From Leucoraja ocellata (taxonomy: Eukaryota), in NCBI GenBank assembly GCA_036785375.1, contig JAWMAR010000392.1, positions 1,054,001 through 1,118,000 of the forward strand: a stretch of DNA of 64,000 nucleotides, read 5' to 3'. Positions 63,845 through 64,000 of this stretch are shown piece after piece (the stretch's first letter is position 1; every line of letters starts with the position of its first letter). The position numbers and the translations under genes are program-made. The notes beneath the pieces are model-generated. The model made no database searches and was not told where the DNA came from. It saw nothing but the letters and a program-made list of their open reading frames with translations.

Positions 63845-64000
63845 CAACACCACAGTTCTGGTCAAGAGAGCCCAGCAGCGACTTCACCCTCTCCGAAGAC
63901 TACGTAAAGCAGGCCTCCCCACCACACACCTACGGACTTTTTATAGGGGGACTGTCGAGAGCACACTGACCTACGGCATCACTTCCTGGTTCGGGAGCTG
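63845..64000 (+). mobile_element. Rex1/Babar fragment running off the window end
   Basis: NTTVLVKRAQQRLHPLRRLRKAGLP...FYRGTVESTLTYGITSWFGS. Confidence 0.8.

Overview
This is eukaryotic, repeat-saturated vertebrate DNA. The HE1-type V-SINE, the CR1/HER1-type LINEs with 8-bp microsatellite tails and the Penelope-like repeats suggest a cartilaginous fish, probably a skate or ray (inference). Almost all ORFs in the track are transposon fragments: CR1, L2, Rex1/Babar, Penelope-like (PLE), DIRS, Gypsy and HERO. Hidden among them on the minus strand is a phase-consistent 5-exon model for a ~237-aa type-I Ig-superfamily receptor. It has a leader exon (33065-32972), a CD2/SLAM/CEACAM-like V domain lacking the F-strand Cys (27320-27051), a stalk plus TM exon (25056-24922), an 80-bp cytoplasmic exon, and a last exon with TxYxxL and YxxP motifs (4822-4688). 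Two oddities stand out. First, the 80-bp cytoplasmic exon is present in five intact copies inside a recent higher-order tandem duplication (~5.3-23 kb). Second, the 5' half of the V exon is missing, and the only strong in-frame splice acceptor found comes from a Penelope terminal repeat whose minimal hammerhead-ribozyme motif lies 22 nt upstream of the exon. Many other PLE-derived hammerhead motifs occur, often as long palindromes. Repeat coordinates are approximate; exon coordinates were counted to the base.
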